Notes: generated by a model not told the origin, from the letters alone. Shown: positions 39,519 to 49,054, counted from the stretch's first letter. The stretch is 64,000 nt of DNA from Chloroflexota bacterium (GCA_027356795.1 DAHVXI010000045.1:4303-68302); one strand, 5' to 3'. Numbers and translations: made by a program.

Positions 39519-39804
39519 GGGATACACCGGCGTAGGCGCGGCCTCCTGTTCGCGATCACCATCTGCAGGCGCGATCTCCCGCTCGCGATCGCCGGCAGGA
39601 GCCGGCTCCTACGTTCCAGACGCGGGTGCGGGGCGCCACCCCGGCGCCTCCCACCCGGCCTTTCCTACTCTCTTTCTTCTTCCGCACGGTGAATTGCATA
39701 TCGAGAGGAGATAGGGCCGGCTCGGCAGGAACCTGCCGAGCTTTACCCCCGGCCAAGTTCTGGTTGTAGCCGGCTGGAGGGTTGCGCCCCGACCTTGAGT
39801 AGTA

Positions 39805-41040
39805 ATGCAGTTGCAGGTTCCTTCCGGACGAGCGGCCGAGCTGTTCGAGTACCTTCGCCCGGCAGCCACTTGGATTCAATCGTGCCTGGATCGGGCCTCT
39901 AGGATCCCGAGCCGGGTCGACCTCCCATCGGCATGGCCATCGCTTCGGCTGCGGCTCGACTCCGCCACGGTTCTCCTCAAGGCCCGCCTCCCCGTCGGGC
40001 TGGGCGAGGCGAAGCATCTCTCTCTCCTGCAGCATCTGGCCGTCTTTTCCCTGGTGGTCGCTTCGGTGCTGGCGGCCCAGTCGGGCTCCTTTGCCCGGAG
40101 GGGGAACTCCCTGCCGGCGTTCCCCCTCCGGGAGCAGTTTCGGCCCGATCTGCTGATCTCCCAGCCCCTGCCCTTGCCCGCGGCGGCCTCCAAGACCGCC
40201 ACCAACGCGGCCGGTGACTCCGCTGCACAGGCAAAGGACTCCGCGTCGCTCGCAGCCGCCACGGCGTTGCCGGACCAGCGGCAGCCTTCGGGCGAGAGCT
40301 CCAGGCCCAGGACTCCCATCAAGTACAGGGTGGCGCCGGGGGACACGCCCGGCGAGATCGCCGAGCGGTTCGGCATCAGCACCGACACCGTCCTGCAGGC
40401 CAACAACCTGACCAACCCTGAGGGGCTGCAGATCGGGGAGGAGCTGCTGATCCTGCCGGTATCCGGGGTTATGCACACGGTGACCAGTGGGGACAACGTC
40501 CACGATCTGGCGGTTCTGTACGGGGTCACTCCGGAGAGCATAGCGGAGTTCAACCAGTTGGCGGACCCGAACTCCCTCCAGATGGGGGACAAGCTGGTGG
40601 TGCCGGGAGGGAAGATCCAGGTGGTTCGGGCCAGCGGCAGCAGCCGGGGAGGCCGCCCGGCGGCCACCGCCTCGGCCAGCGGCTCCGTCCGTTGGCCGGC
40701 CGGCGGCAGCATCACCCAGTACTTCGGGGAAAACGGCCACACCGGCATCGACTTGGCCAACGGCGCCGGAAGCCCCGTGTACGCGGCCGACGGTGGAGTT
40801 GTGGTGACGGCCCTGAAGCTGGGCTACGGCTACGGATGGCATCTGGTGATCGACCACGGGAACGGCTACAAGACCCTCTACGCCCACCTCAGCGCCTTCT
40901 TCGCAGACTACGGCGAGCGGGTCAACAAGGGCGACCGGATCGGCTCCGTGGGCAGCACCGGCCTCAGCACCGGTCCACACCTCCACTTCGAGCTGTTTCA
41001 GGACGGGACCCGTGTGAACCCCCTGAAGTTCTTGCCCTAA
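39805..41040 (+). CDS. LysM-domain M23 (LytM-type) peptidoglycan endopeptidase, membrane-anchored
   Basis: Two LysM repeats (YRVAPGDTPGEIAERFGIS; HTVTSGDNVHDLAVLYGV). The M23 motifs are HTGIDLA and GSTGLSTGPHLHFE. The N-terminal TM is LAVFSLVVASVLAA. The exact start is uncertain. Confidence 0.85.
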   Translation: MQLQVPSGRAAELFEYLRPAATWIQSCLDRASRIPSRVDLPSAWPSLRLRLDSATVLLKARLPVGLGEAKHLSLLQHLAVFSLVVASVLAAQSGSFARRGNSLPAFPLREQFRPDLLISQPLPLPAAASKTATNAAGDSAAQAKDSASLAAATALPDQRQPSGESSRPRTPIKYRVAPGDTPGEIAERFGISTDTVLQANNLTNPEGLQIGEELLILPVSGVMHTVTSGDNVHDLAVLYGVTPESIAEFNQLADPNSLQMGDKLVVPGGKIQVVRASGSSRGGRPAATASASGSVRWPAGGSITQYFGENGHTGIDLANGAGSPVYAADGGVVVTALKLGYGYGWHLVIDHGNGYKTLYAHLSAFFADYGERVNKGDRIGSVGSTGLSTGPHLHFELFQDGTRVNPLKFLP

Positions 41041-41231
41041 CCAGGCCTTGTAGGCGCGACGCCTCGAAGATCGCCTCGCACTCCTTCGCCGATGTCCAGG
41101 ATCTCCGCTCCCGGCCGCTGGCACCGGCCGTAGTCCTCCACAACAGAAGCCAACTCTCTCGTTCGACCGAAGCCGCTGTCATTAGGGTAGAAGACGATGG
41201 AGAAGCATTTATCATAAATAGACTCACTAAG

Positions 41232-41260
41232 TTGACAAGAGACGGCCAGCCCTGTACCAT
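41232..41260 (+). promoter_or_regulatory. Sigma70-like promoter (TTGACA-17-TACCAT) inside an AT-rich island containing a TTTATCATAAA palindrome, upstream of the wHTH regulator
   Basis: Read directly. The region is conspicuously AT-rich in a GC-rich background. Confidence 0.4.
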
Positions 41261-41334
41261 GCGGAAGAGCCTGGGTCCGGCTCCGCCGGGGTTTTGGACA
41301 TGTCTAGCAGCGCCGCACCCTGTCCACGGGCCGG

Positions 41335-41973
41335 GTGAGGATTGAAACAGGGGAGGACTCGATGCAGAGGACTCGACGGCAGATCCTGGACATCCTTAAG
41401 AAGCGGGGCCGCGCCACCCTGGAGGAGTTGGCCCGAGAGGTGGCTCTCTCCCCCGTCACCGTCCGGGTGCACCTCTCCGTGCTTCAGCGCGACGACCTTG
41501 TGAACGTGGAAGAGGTGCGTGGTAGGGTGGGCAGGCCCTATTTCGTCTACTCCCTCACCGAGGAGGCCGAGGATCTATTCCCCAAGCGGTACCACGTCCT
41601 GGCCAACCGGTTGATGGTGGGGATCGACGAGGTGCTGTCGCCCGAGCTGCGAGGCTCGCTGTTGGGCCACATCGCGGAGAAGTGGGCTGCCGAGCGGAGC
41701 CCCCGACTGGCCGGGAAGGGGCTGACCGAGAAGGTGGCGGAGATCGCCCAGATCCGCACCGAGGAGGGGGCCATCGCCGATTGGGAGAAGGTGGAGGGTG
41801 GCTACCTGCTGCGGCAGTACAACTGTCCCAACCTGCTGGTGTCCCGGGCTCACTCCCAGGTGTGCGCCATCGAGGAGGACTACCTCGGTAGGTTGGTTGG
41901 TGCTCCCCTGGTTAGGCAGGGCTGCATCGGCCAGGGCGACCGGGTCTGCTCTTTCCTGATCCCCGAGGCGTGA
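41335..41973 (+). CDS. Winged-helix (ArsR-like) transcriptional regulator with Cys-rich C-terminal domain
   Basis: RRQILDILKKRGRATLEELAREVALSPVTVRVHLSVLQRDDLV is a wHTH. The C-terminus carries CPN..C..C..C. Confidence 0.6.
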   Translation: MRIETGEDSMQRTRRQILDILKKRGRATLEELAREVALSPVTVRVHLSVLQRDDLVNVEEVRGRVGRPYFVYSLTEEAEDLFPKRYHVLANRLMVGIDEVLSPELRGSLLGHIAEKWAAERSPRLAGKGLTEKVAEIAQIRTEEGAIADWEKVEGGYLLRQYNCPNLLVSRAHSQVCAIEEDYLGRLVGAPLVRQGCIGQGDRVCSFLIPEA

Positions 41974-42182
41974 TCGGGCAGAAGGCGAACCCCTCCCGGT
42001 CGATTTGCAAGTCAGCGCTAGCTAAACTTTGCATTACGTCCGTGATTCTGCTATCATCGATGGTGGAGACGCACGACGCGCCTCCACCTGGCGCCTCCTC
42101 GATGGCCGCGCCGCCGCACCCTCTGTGGGTGGGCCGGACGGCTGGTGACAGGGGTGGTGACGACGAGGTTGGTGCTGCTATC

Positions 42183-42521
42183 ATGAAGAAGCTTAGCAAG
42201 AGCACCCTGCGATGGTACATTGGGACCAAGAGCTTGATGCCCATCGTGGAGATCCGCCGTCGTTTTGGCATCGACGGGGACGAGGTGACCGTCCTCGAGG
42301 ACGAGCGTGGCAGGCTGTACGTCGGTCTGCCCCAGCAGGCGGCGCAGGCTCTGGAGGAGCTGCGCCAGGCTGGTAAGATCGGCTACGAGGAATCGGTGGA
42401 TTTCCACGCCCGCGTGTTGATCGGCGCCTACGTCATCTTGCGAAGGAAGGGCGAGGAGCCCAGGCCGGAGCAAGAGGAAGAGGAGGCCACACCGGAGCCG
42501 GAACCTCTGCACGCGGCGTAG
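42183..42521 (+). CDS. Hypothetical protein (112 aa) with acidic C-terminal tail
   Basis: MKKLSKSTLRWYIGTK...EEEEATPEPEPLHAA. The start sits inside the longer ORF 41970-42521, and the upstream extension looks like a GC artefact. Confidence 0.4.
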   Translation: MKKLSKSTLRWYIGTKSLMPIVEIRRRFGIDGDEVTVLEDERGRLYVGLPQQAAQALEELRQAGKIGYEESVDFHARVLIGAYVILRRKGEEPRPEQEEEEATPEPEPLHAA

Positions 42522-42539
42522 GGTAGCTGACTGCTCTTC

Positions 42540-43538
42540 TCAGCCCCCGATCTGTGACAGAGCCCGCAGGTTGCAGTTGGATTGTCCCACCACCAGGTGG
42601 TGCCGCTCGGGCTTCGTCAGGATGGCCCGCTGGAACAGTCGCACGATCTCCTCTGTGGAGGCCCCGTTGCGCAGAGGGGTTCGCAGGTCGATCTCCTGGT
42701 CGGCGAAGAGGCAGAGTCGCAGCCGGCCGTCGGCCGCCAGCCTCACCCGGTTGCAGCTCTCGCAGTAGTAGTGGCTCATGGGGCTGATGACCCCCACGGT
42801 TCCCCGGGCCCCTGGGACCCGGTAGTATCGGGCGGGACCGTTGCCGTCGGGTCCCGAGCAGCCCTCCAACTCCCCCAGCTCCCCGAGCCTCTCCATGATC
42901 TCGTCGGCGGAGACGAACCCCTCCTCCTCCACGTGCAGGTTGCCGTCCAGCGGCATCGCCTCGATGTACCGGATGTGCCAGGGGCGCCCCAGTGTCAGCA
43001 GGGCCAGATCCAGCAACTCGTCGTCGTTCACGCCTCGCAGCACCACGGCGTTGATCTTTATGGGGGCCAGCCCGGCCCGCTCGGCGGCCTCGATTCCGGC
43101 CATCACCTGGCCCAGGTCGCCACCTCGAGTGATGCGGGCGAACCGCTCCGGCCGGAGGGTGTCCAGGCTGACGTTGATTCGCTGGAGGCCGGCTCGGGCC
43201 AGGGGCTCGGCAAACTGGGGCATCAGGACGGCGTTGGTGGTCATGGAGATGTCTTCGATGCCGGGGACGGCCGACAGGCGGGCGATCAGTTGGACCAAGT
43301 CGCGGCGAACGAGGGGCTCGCCACCGGTGATCCGGATCTTGCGCATCCCCACCGTCGCCGTGGCCTGGACGATCCGCTCGATCTCCTCGAAGGTGAGGAC
43401 GTCCGGGTGAGGGATCCAGGGCACCCCCTCCGGGGGCATGCAGTAGACGCACCGCAGGTTGCACCGGTCGGTGACGGAGATCCGCATGTAGTTGATGGCG
43501 CGCCGGAAACCGTCCTGAAGGTGACGCTCGGGGGCCAT
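42540..43538 (-). CDS. moaA: GTP 3',8-cyclase (radical SAM), molybdenum cofactor biosynthesis
   Basis: ISVTDRCNLRCVYCMP (the CxxxCxxC motif), a C-terminal second FeS Cys triad and a GG tail. Confidence 0.95.
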   Translation of the reverse strand: MAPERHLQDGFRRAINYMRISVTDRCNLRCVYCMPPEGVPWIPHPDVLTFEEIERIVQATATVGMRKIRITGGEPLVRRDLVQLIARLSAVPGIEDISMTTNAVLMPQFAEPLARAGLQRINVSLDTLRPERFARITRGGDLGQVMAGIEAAERAGLAPIKINAVVLRGVNDDELLDLALLTLGRPWHIRYIEAMPLDGNLHVEEEGFVSADEIMERLGELGELEGCSGPDGNGPARYYRVPGARGTVGVISPMSHYYCESCNRVRLAADGRLRLCLFADQEIDLRTPLRNGASTEEIVRLFQRAILTKPERHHLVVGQSNCNLRALSQIGG

Positions 43539-43550
43539 GGACCCTACTTT

Positions 43551-44054
43551 CTAGCGGGCCGAGGAGGCCCAGTCCCGAAGGGCGCTGACGGTGCTCGGGA
43601 AGGCCAGCTCCTCCCAGGGGATCTCGTCGGGGCGGAAGAAGCGTCCCTCTAACGCCTCCGAGGTCGCCCTCGGCTCCCCCTCGATCAGCTTTGCCAGGTA
43701 CACGATGGTGACGATGCCCACCGCGGGACGGCTGTACACCCCGAGAAGCCGGAGCCCATCGACCTCGATCTCCAGTTCCTCCCGGGCCTCCCGGCGGGCA
43801 CCCTCCTCGGCGGTCTCGTACATCTCCAGGAAGCCGCCCGGGTAGCTCCACATCCCGTAGCGCGGCTCGATGCCCCGCCGCAACAGCAGCACCTTGCTGT
43901 CCACCACGGGGAGTGTGCCCACCACCACCTTGGGGTTGATGTAGGTGATCTGGCCGCAGGTGGGGCAAACCAGGCGGCTTCGGTCATCCCCCGGCGGCAC
44001 CTGCTCCACCAGGGTTCCGCCGCAATCCATGCAGTAAGACACGACGTCTCCCAT
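43551..44054 (-). CDS. NUDIX hydrolase with N-terminal zinc ribbon
   Basis: CMDCGG..CPTCG and the Nudix box GGFLEMYETAEEGARREAREELEI. Confidence 0.85.
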   Translation of the reverse strand: MGDVVSYCMDCGGTLVEQVPPGDDRSRLVCPTCGQITYINPKVVVGTLPVVDSKVLLLRRGIEPRYGMWSYPGGFLEMYETAEEGARREAREELEIEVDGLRLLGVYSRPAVGIVTIVYLAKLIEGEPRATSEALEGRFFRPDEIPWEELAFPSTVSALRDWASSAR

Positions 44055-44060
44055 GAGCTA

Positions 44061-44732
44061 TCAGTTTCCCAGGCCCAGCCACACCTCGCCGTCGGCGTAG
44101 ACCTCTTTCTTCCAGACCGGAACCGTCTCCTTCAGCCGATCGATGGCGTAGTGGCAGGCCTCGAAGGCCACCCCCCGGTGGGGCGCGGCCACGGCGATCA
44201 CCACGCTGGCCTCGCCGACCTCCATCCGGCCCACCCGATGGACGATGGCCACGTGGCGCAGCCCCCACCGCTGGGCGATCTCCTCGCCGATCTCCTGCAT
44301 CTTGCCGGCGGCCATCTCCCGATATGCCTCGTACTCCAGGTGGAGCACGGCCTTTCCCCGGTTCTCGTTGCGGACTATTCCGACGAAGGTCACCACCGCC
44401 CCGTCCTCATCCTCCCGGACCCCTTCGACCACCCGATTCACGTCGATCGGCTGCTCGGTGACCTCGAAGGCCGAGCCCCCGCTGACGGGCGGGATGAACA
44501 CCACCTCGTCCCCCTCCTTCAAGGAGGTGTTGGGATCGACGTACTGGCCGTTGATGGCAAAGCGGGTGTGGGGCAGGTTGGGCGCCAGTTGCGGGTGGCT
44601 CTCGGCGAAGGAACGCCAGACGTCCAGCGCCGTGGAGCCCGGGGGCAGATCGGCCTGGGTTTCCCGCAGGCCGACCAGCTCCCTATAGAGGGCGAAGAAC
44701 TTGACCTTGACTTTCAAGGAGGCAATATCCAA
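44061..44732 (-). CDS. moaDE: Fused molybdopterin synthase sulfur-carrier (MoaD) + catalytic (MoaE) subunits
   Basis: The N-terminal ThiS/MoaD fold ends VVFIPPVSGG (Gly-Gly), followed by the MoaE domain (GAVVTFVGIVRN..HRVG). The start is TTG. Confidence 0.8.
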   Translation of the reverse strand: MDIASLKVKVKFFALYRELVGLRETQADLPPGSTALDVWRSFAESHPQLAPNLPHTRFAINGQYVDPNTSLKEGDEVVFIPPVSGGSAFEVTEQPIDVNRVVEGVREDEDGAVVTFVGIVRNENRGKAVLHLEYEAYREMAAGKMQEIGEEIAQRWGLRHVAIVHRVGRMEVGEASVVIAVAAPHRGVAFEACHYAIDRLKETVPVWKKEVYADGEVWLGLGN

Positions 44733-44945
44733 TCGAGGTATTACCCTTCAATCAGCGGCTTCTCGTGCTTCAGCAACTACTTCCGGTGAGCGCCGACCTG
44801 CCTGCCGAATACGCCAGGCAGGTCCATTGTACCCAGTTGGCTTCCCTTTGAAAAGGCTACACTTTGCAAAAGGGGGATTGATGCGGGGAATGGAGCGGAT
44901 CTGGACAGGCTGAGCGCAAACGACGCGCCTTCCCACGAGCACAAT

Positions 44946-46046
44946 CTACGCGGGGTAGCTGCCCTCCAGGGCGGCGTCGATGTGGGCCACCAGGGCGGGG
45001 CCGGCGTGGAGCGGCATCCCGGTCTGGCGCACCAACAGCTGCGGGATGGAATAGATCAGCTCCGACAGGGCGGCGAAGGCCAGGTCTCGTTTGCTGGCTC
45101 CGGGCTTGTGGCGGATCGCCTCGGTGACGGCCCGGTGGATGCTGTCCGCCACCCGGACGGACTCCTGCAGGAACATGGCGACCCCATTGCCGGTGCGGGT
45201 AGGGGAGTTGACCAGGGTTCCGCCGATGTAGGCGTGTCCGGCGCAGAGGGTGCGGATGTCCAGCTTGGCCAGGGCCATCAGCGACCGCCGGTAATCCCGG
45301 GCGTTGAAGTAGTAGGGATAGCTGCCTGGCCGGGCTCCCTGCCCCTGGATGGCGTCTCCGGAGATCAGCACCCCCTCGGGTTCCCAGTAATAGCATACGT
45401 GGCCGGGGCTGTGGCCGGGGCTGTGGACGACCCGCAGCTGCACTCCGGCCCCCAGATCCACTATCTCCCCATCCGTCAGCACCACGTCGGCGCCGGCCGC
45501 CGGACCCGAGTTCCTGATGACGTAGTCCGCTCGCTCCTGGATGGTCTCGGCGGGGAACTCCAGCACCCGCAGCGGGGCTATGTGGAACTCCACCTGGGTC
45601 TCGGTGGACTGGGCCATCATCAGGTCCGAGGCATGGACGTGGATGGGGGCGCCGGAGGCGCGCTTGGTCTCCAGGTTGCCGCCCGAGTGGTCCAGGTGGG
45701 CGTGGGTGTTGAGGATCAGGTCGACGTCGGAGAGGCCCATGCCGAACTCCGCCAGGGCCGGCTCGAGAACCTCGCGGGGGGAGTCGACGGCACCGGTGTC
45801 CACCAGTGCGACCCGGTCCCCCTTCACCAGATAGAGGAATACCGTTCCCGTCTTGTCGAAGGGGGTGGCGATCCTGTAGAGGGCAGAGTTGATCCGCTCG
45901 ATTCTCACAGCCGTGGCCTCCGTTCCCGGTCCGTCGTCCTCGATCTCCAGCCGGAAGCAGTCTCGGAGTCCATTGTACAAAGTTGCAATCCCCCTGTGAA
46001 GGCAAAACGCCGGTTTTCGCTTCGTATTGGTCTGATATGCCCACAT
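44946..46046 (-). CDS. MBL-fold metallo-hydrolase
   Basis: HAHLDHSGG (the HxHxDH motif), HSPGHSPGH and GD..Q. Confidence 0.8.
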   Translation of the reverse strand: MWAYQTNTKRKPAFCLHRGIATLYNGLRDCFRLEIEDDGPGTEATAVRIERINSALYRIATPFDKTGTVFLYLVKGDRVALVDTGAVDSPREVLEPALAEFGMGLSDVDLILNTHAHLDHSGGNLETKRASGAPIHVHASDLMMAQSTETQVEFHIAPLRVLEFPAETIQERADYVIRNSGPAAGADVVLTDGEIVDLGAGVQLRVVHSPGHSPGHVCYYWEPEGVLISGDAIQGQGARPGSYPYYFNARDYRRSLMALAKLDIRTLCAGHAYIGGTLVNSPTRTGNGVAMFLQESVRVADSIHRAVTEAIRHKPGASKRDLAFAALSELIYSIPQLLVRQTGMPLHAGPALVAHIDAALEGSYPA

Positions 46047-46082
46047 TTGTGCAGGTTGCCGTTATGCGGAGCCCTCCGTCGG

Positions 46083-46235
46083 GGATCCAGTCGCCACGGG
46101 GACGAGGGGAATCCGGACAGGACTCGGACGGAATCCGGACGGCGGTTGGGGGAGGGGGATCGGACGGCATGCGGACGGAATCCGGACACCAGGGCCGCCG
46201 CGATGGGGACAGAATCCGGACAGGATCCGGACGGA
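46083..46235. repeat. Array of ~7 degenerate direct repeats of (G)RATCCGGACRG in the MBL-hydrolase upstream region
   Basis: gaatccggacagg (46109), gaatccggacggc (46131), gatcggacgg (46169), catgcggacgg (46179), gaatccggacacc (46188), gaatccggacagg (46212), gatccggacgg (46224). Coordinates are approximate to within a few nt. Confidence 0.6.
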
Positions 46236-46273
46236 GGCGATAGAGCGGCCCGCCAGGGCTGGCAGATCCGCCC

Positions 46274-47725
46274 CTACTTCGGCGGCTCGAAGTCCCGCAG
46301 GATGTAGCATCGGCTCTTGGTGCTGCCCAGGCTGATCAGGTGGCCCGTCTCCACCAGCTGCGTCAGGTCGCGGCGGGCGGTGCGCACATCGATGCCGGGG
46401 TTCAGCTCCGCGTACTGCTGGGCCGTGATCTCCCCGGTCATTTTCATGTACTCCAGCGCCTTCTTCTGCCGCTCGTTGAGGCGGGTAGGCGGCTGCAGCG
46501 GGGCCTGGGGTTGGGGCGGGACACCCCGCTGCCTGGGCTGCTCGGGAGCCGCTGCCCGTCCGGAGGCGCCGTTCCGCAGGGTGACCACCACGGAGTAACC
46601 CTGCTCACGGAACTGGGGCTCTTCCAGGCCGTAGGAGGACATCTCGTCGATCATCCGGTCGACCCCCTCGCCCAACTCCCGCACGAAGCCGAACTCGGTC
46701 AGCACACGGGCGATGCGTGGGTTGCGGGAGTAGTGGGACTGGCGGAGGTTCGCCAGCCTCACCAGGCCGGGGAGCCGGCCGGGGCTCTCCACCTCCATCC
46801 GGTCGTCGAAGAGCCGCACCTCGATCTGGCTGCCGGAGATGGAGTAGGCACGATGGCAGACGGCGTTCACGATCGCCTCCTGCCAGGCGAAGGGGGGATA
46901 CTCGGGCACCGTCTCGAACAGCCCCTTGGGACCGAGGCGGGTGAAGTCCCGCAGCTGCGCCGAGATGCTCCGCTGGGCCTCCACGATCAGGGTGGGCAGC
47001 GGCAGCTCCAGGATGACGTCCTTCACCAGGTTCATCCGGGGACCGGTCTCGGTGGAGGTACCCTCGTAGCGCAGGATCCGCAGGCCCGGCCTCGGGAGGA
47101 AGGTGGAGGGGTCCTCGGCGAAGAGCAGGATTCCGGCGCAGTTCACCCTGAGCTCTCCATCCTGCCGCCTCGCCAGCCCTCGAGCCAGCAGCAGCTCTGC
47201 CGGCTCCAGGCTGGTCTCCAACCGACCGGCGTACTCCCTCAGCAGACCCGGCTCCAGATCCTCCAGGGTCGCCTGCCCTACCTCCGTCAGCTCGTAGGAA
47301 GCCTCGCCCCGGTCGTAGACCAGCTGTAGCCGCTCCTCGAAGTCCAGCTTCCGGGTGCGGTCGCCCTCCCGCAGGTACACCTCGTCCTTGCTGTTGGAGT
47401 GGATCTTCTCGCCGGGCTGGATCTCCACCGCCAGGACCCTGTCCTCCAGCCCTCGGCGGTTGGTGCAGGGGAGCCAGAAGGGCTGCACCCGCACCGGCGG
47501 CCGGCAGAAGGCCAGGGCCGCGGGGAGAAGGGAATCCACCTTGCCCTCGTACTGGAGGAAGCCCTCCACTGCCCCCTCCTCCACCCCCAGCAGCAGGGTG
47601 CCCCCGTCGGCGTTGGCGAAGCCAATCAGCAGGTTGGCCAGGTCGCGAGGACTGAGACGGGCGCTCTTGCGGGCCAGCAGCTGGCCCTCTGGTAGCTTCA
47701 GCAGCTCCTGGAGATCTCTGCGCAT
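46274..47725 (-). CDS. AlbA_2 (Schlafen-like, 'divergent AAA') + HATPase_c_4 putative transcriptional regulator (RecG C-terminal-like family)
   Basis: LLLGVEEGAV..EV is the AlbA_2 region. The central region is NAVCHRAY. The C-terminal HTH-like reads LNERQKKALEYMK.TGEITAQQYAEL. The start is taken at internal Met (MRRDLQELL). The ORF extends to 47842. Confidence 0.6.
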   Translation of the reverse strand: MRRDLQELLKLPEGQLLARKSARLSPRDLANLLIGFANADGGTLLLGVEEGAVEGFLQYEGKVDSLLPAALAFCRPPVRVQPFWLPCTNRRGLEDRVLAVEIQPGEKIHSNSKDEVYLREGDRTRKLDFEERLQLVYDRGEASYELTEVGQATLEDLEPGLLREYAGRLETSLEPAELLLARGLARRQDGELRVNCAGILLFAEDPSTFLPRPGLRILRYEGTSTETGPRMNLVKDVILELPLPTLIVEAQRSISAQLRDFTRLGPKGLFETVPEYPPFAWQEAIVNAVCHRAYSISGSQIEVRLFDDRMEVESPGRLPGLVRLANLRQSHYSRNPRIARVLTEFGFVRELGEGVDRMIDEMSSYGLEEPQFREQGYSVVVTLRNGASGRAAAPEQPRQRGVPPQPQAPLQPPTRLNERQKKALEYMKMTGEITAQQYAELNPGIDVRTARRDLTQLVETGHLISLGSTKSRCYILRDFEPPK

Positions 47726-48004
47726 CGTCCTTCTCGGTTGGAGGGGATGGGGGTTAGTGAGCCCGGCGCGGGTAGCCCACGGATTGTAGCACCCACCGTG
47801 CAAGTTGAGTAGGGCGGGGTCTCGTGCCGGCCCCGACCGCACAACCGCCGGCCCTATCGTAGGGACTGGCGGCGAGGTATACTAGTGCCCAGGCAGTTGA
47901 GAAGGTGATCCGGCGAGCCAGACCTCGCTCTTCGAGACATCCTTCTTTCGATCTTGCTCTCCAGCTTCTTTGAGGGCGAAGACGCCCTGGTGGGAGGTTT
48001 GCTT

Positions 48005-49039
48005 GTGAGAATCGGACTTCTAACCGGCGGGGGTGACGCACCCGGACTGAACGCGGCGATCCGAGCTGTGGTGAGGCGCGCCCTCAGCCTCGACTTCGAC
48101 GTCCTTGGCGTCCGGAACGGGTGGGCGGGACTGCTGGGCGGCGGCAACTTTCAAAGACTGGACTGGCGGTCGGTGTCTGGCATACTGCATCAGGGTGGCA
48201 CCATCCTGGGGACCTCCCGCACCAACCCGGTGAAGCGACCGGAGGAGCTGGAGCAGGTTCAGGCCAACGTGAAGGCCTTCGGCATAGACGGCCTGGTGGT
48301 GATCGGCGGGCGGGATAGCCTCTGGGTGGGTGCCGAGCTGCACGATCGGTGGGGAAAGGTCGTTGGGGTGCCCAAGACCCTGGACAACACCCTGGTGGGC
48401 ACCGACCAGTGCATAGGCCACAGCTCGGCCGTCGCCCTGGTGGCGGAGGCGCTGGATCGGCTGCACACCACGGCCAGCGCCCATCACCGGGTGATGGTGG
48501 TGGAGGTTATGGGCGGCGACGCCGGTTGGGTGGCCATCGACGGCGGTCTGGCCGGGGGCGCGGATCTCATCGTGGTCCCGGAGGTCCCCACCGACCTGGA
48601 GTCCATCTGCAATCACGTCCTCGCCCGGCGCGCCCAGGGCAGGGAGTTCAGCATCATCGTGGTGGCGGAATCGGCCAGTATCAGCGATTTCTCCGACGAG
48701 GCGATCGACCTGGGCAAACCCGACCCCTTCGGCCGGTACAAGCTGGATCGCCGGAACATGGGCGAGCGGCTGGCGGCGGAGATCGAGCACCGGACCGGCC
48801 TGGAGACCCGCTTCATCGTCCTGGGCTATTTGCAGAGGGGTGGCTCGCCGACGGCGGAGGACCGGCTGCTGGCGACCCGGCTGGGGGTGGCCGCGGTAGA
48901 CTACGTGGCCGAGGGCCGCTTCGGCTACGTGCCCTGCCTCAACTGTGGCTCTGTGGTGCCGGTGCCCATACGGGAGGTGGTGTCCCAGACTCGGCCCGCC
49001 GACATGGAGCTGTACGAGCTGGCGAGACTGTTCTTCTAG
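48005..49039 (+). CDS. pfk: 6-phosphofructokinase family protein with atypical active-site motifs
   Basis: RIGLLTGGGDAPGLNAAIR. The canonical GGDGS is IGGRDS here, and MGR is MGG. The GTG start at 48005 follows GGGAGG. Confidence 0.8.
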   Translation: MRIGLLTGGGDAPGLNAAIRAVVRRALSLDFDVLGVRNGWAGLLGGGNFQRLDWRSVSGILHQGGTILGTSRTNPVKRPEELEQVQANVKAFGIDGLVVIGGRDSLWVGAELHDRWGKVVGVPKTLDNTLVGTDQCIGHSSAVALVAEALDRLHTTASAHHRVMVVEVMGGDAGWVAIDGGLAGGADLIVVPEVPTDLESICNHVLARRAQGREFSIIVVAESASISDFSDEAIDLGKPDPFGRYKLDRRNMGERLAAEIEHRTGLETRFIVLGYLQRGGSPTAEDRLLATRLGVAAVDYVAEGRFGYVPCLNCGSVVPVPIREVVSQTRPADMELYELARLFF

Positions 49040-49054
49040 CGGCCCATGCCGCAG

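Noticed and set aside
39556-41124. 522-aa minus-strand ORF antisense to the LysM-M23 peptidase
   Set aside because: Arg/Gly/Ala-rich. The sense strand carries LysM and M23 catalytic motifs.
44701-44720. Palindrome CCTTGActtTCAAGG near the moaDE start
   Set aside because: It lies inside the first codons (LKVKVKF) of the coding sequence on the minus strand. A regulatory role is not supportable from sequence alone.
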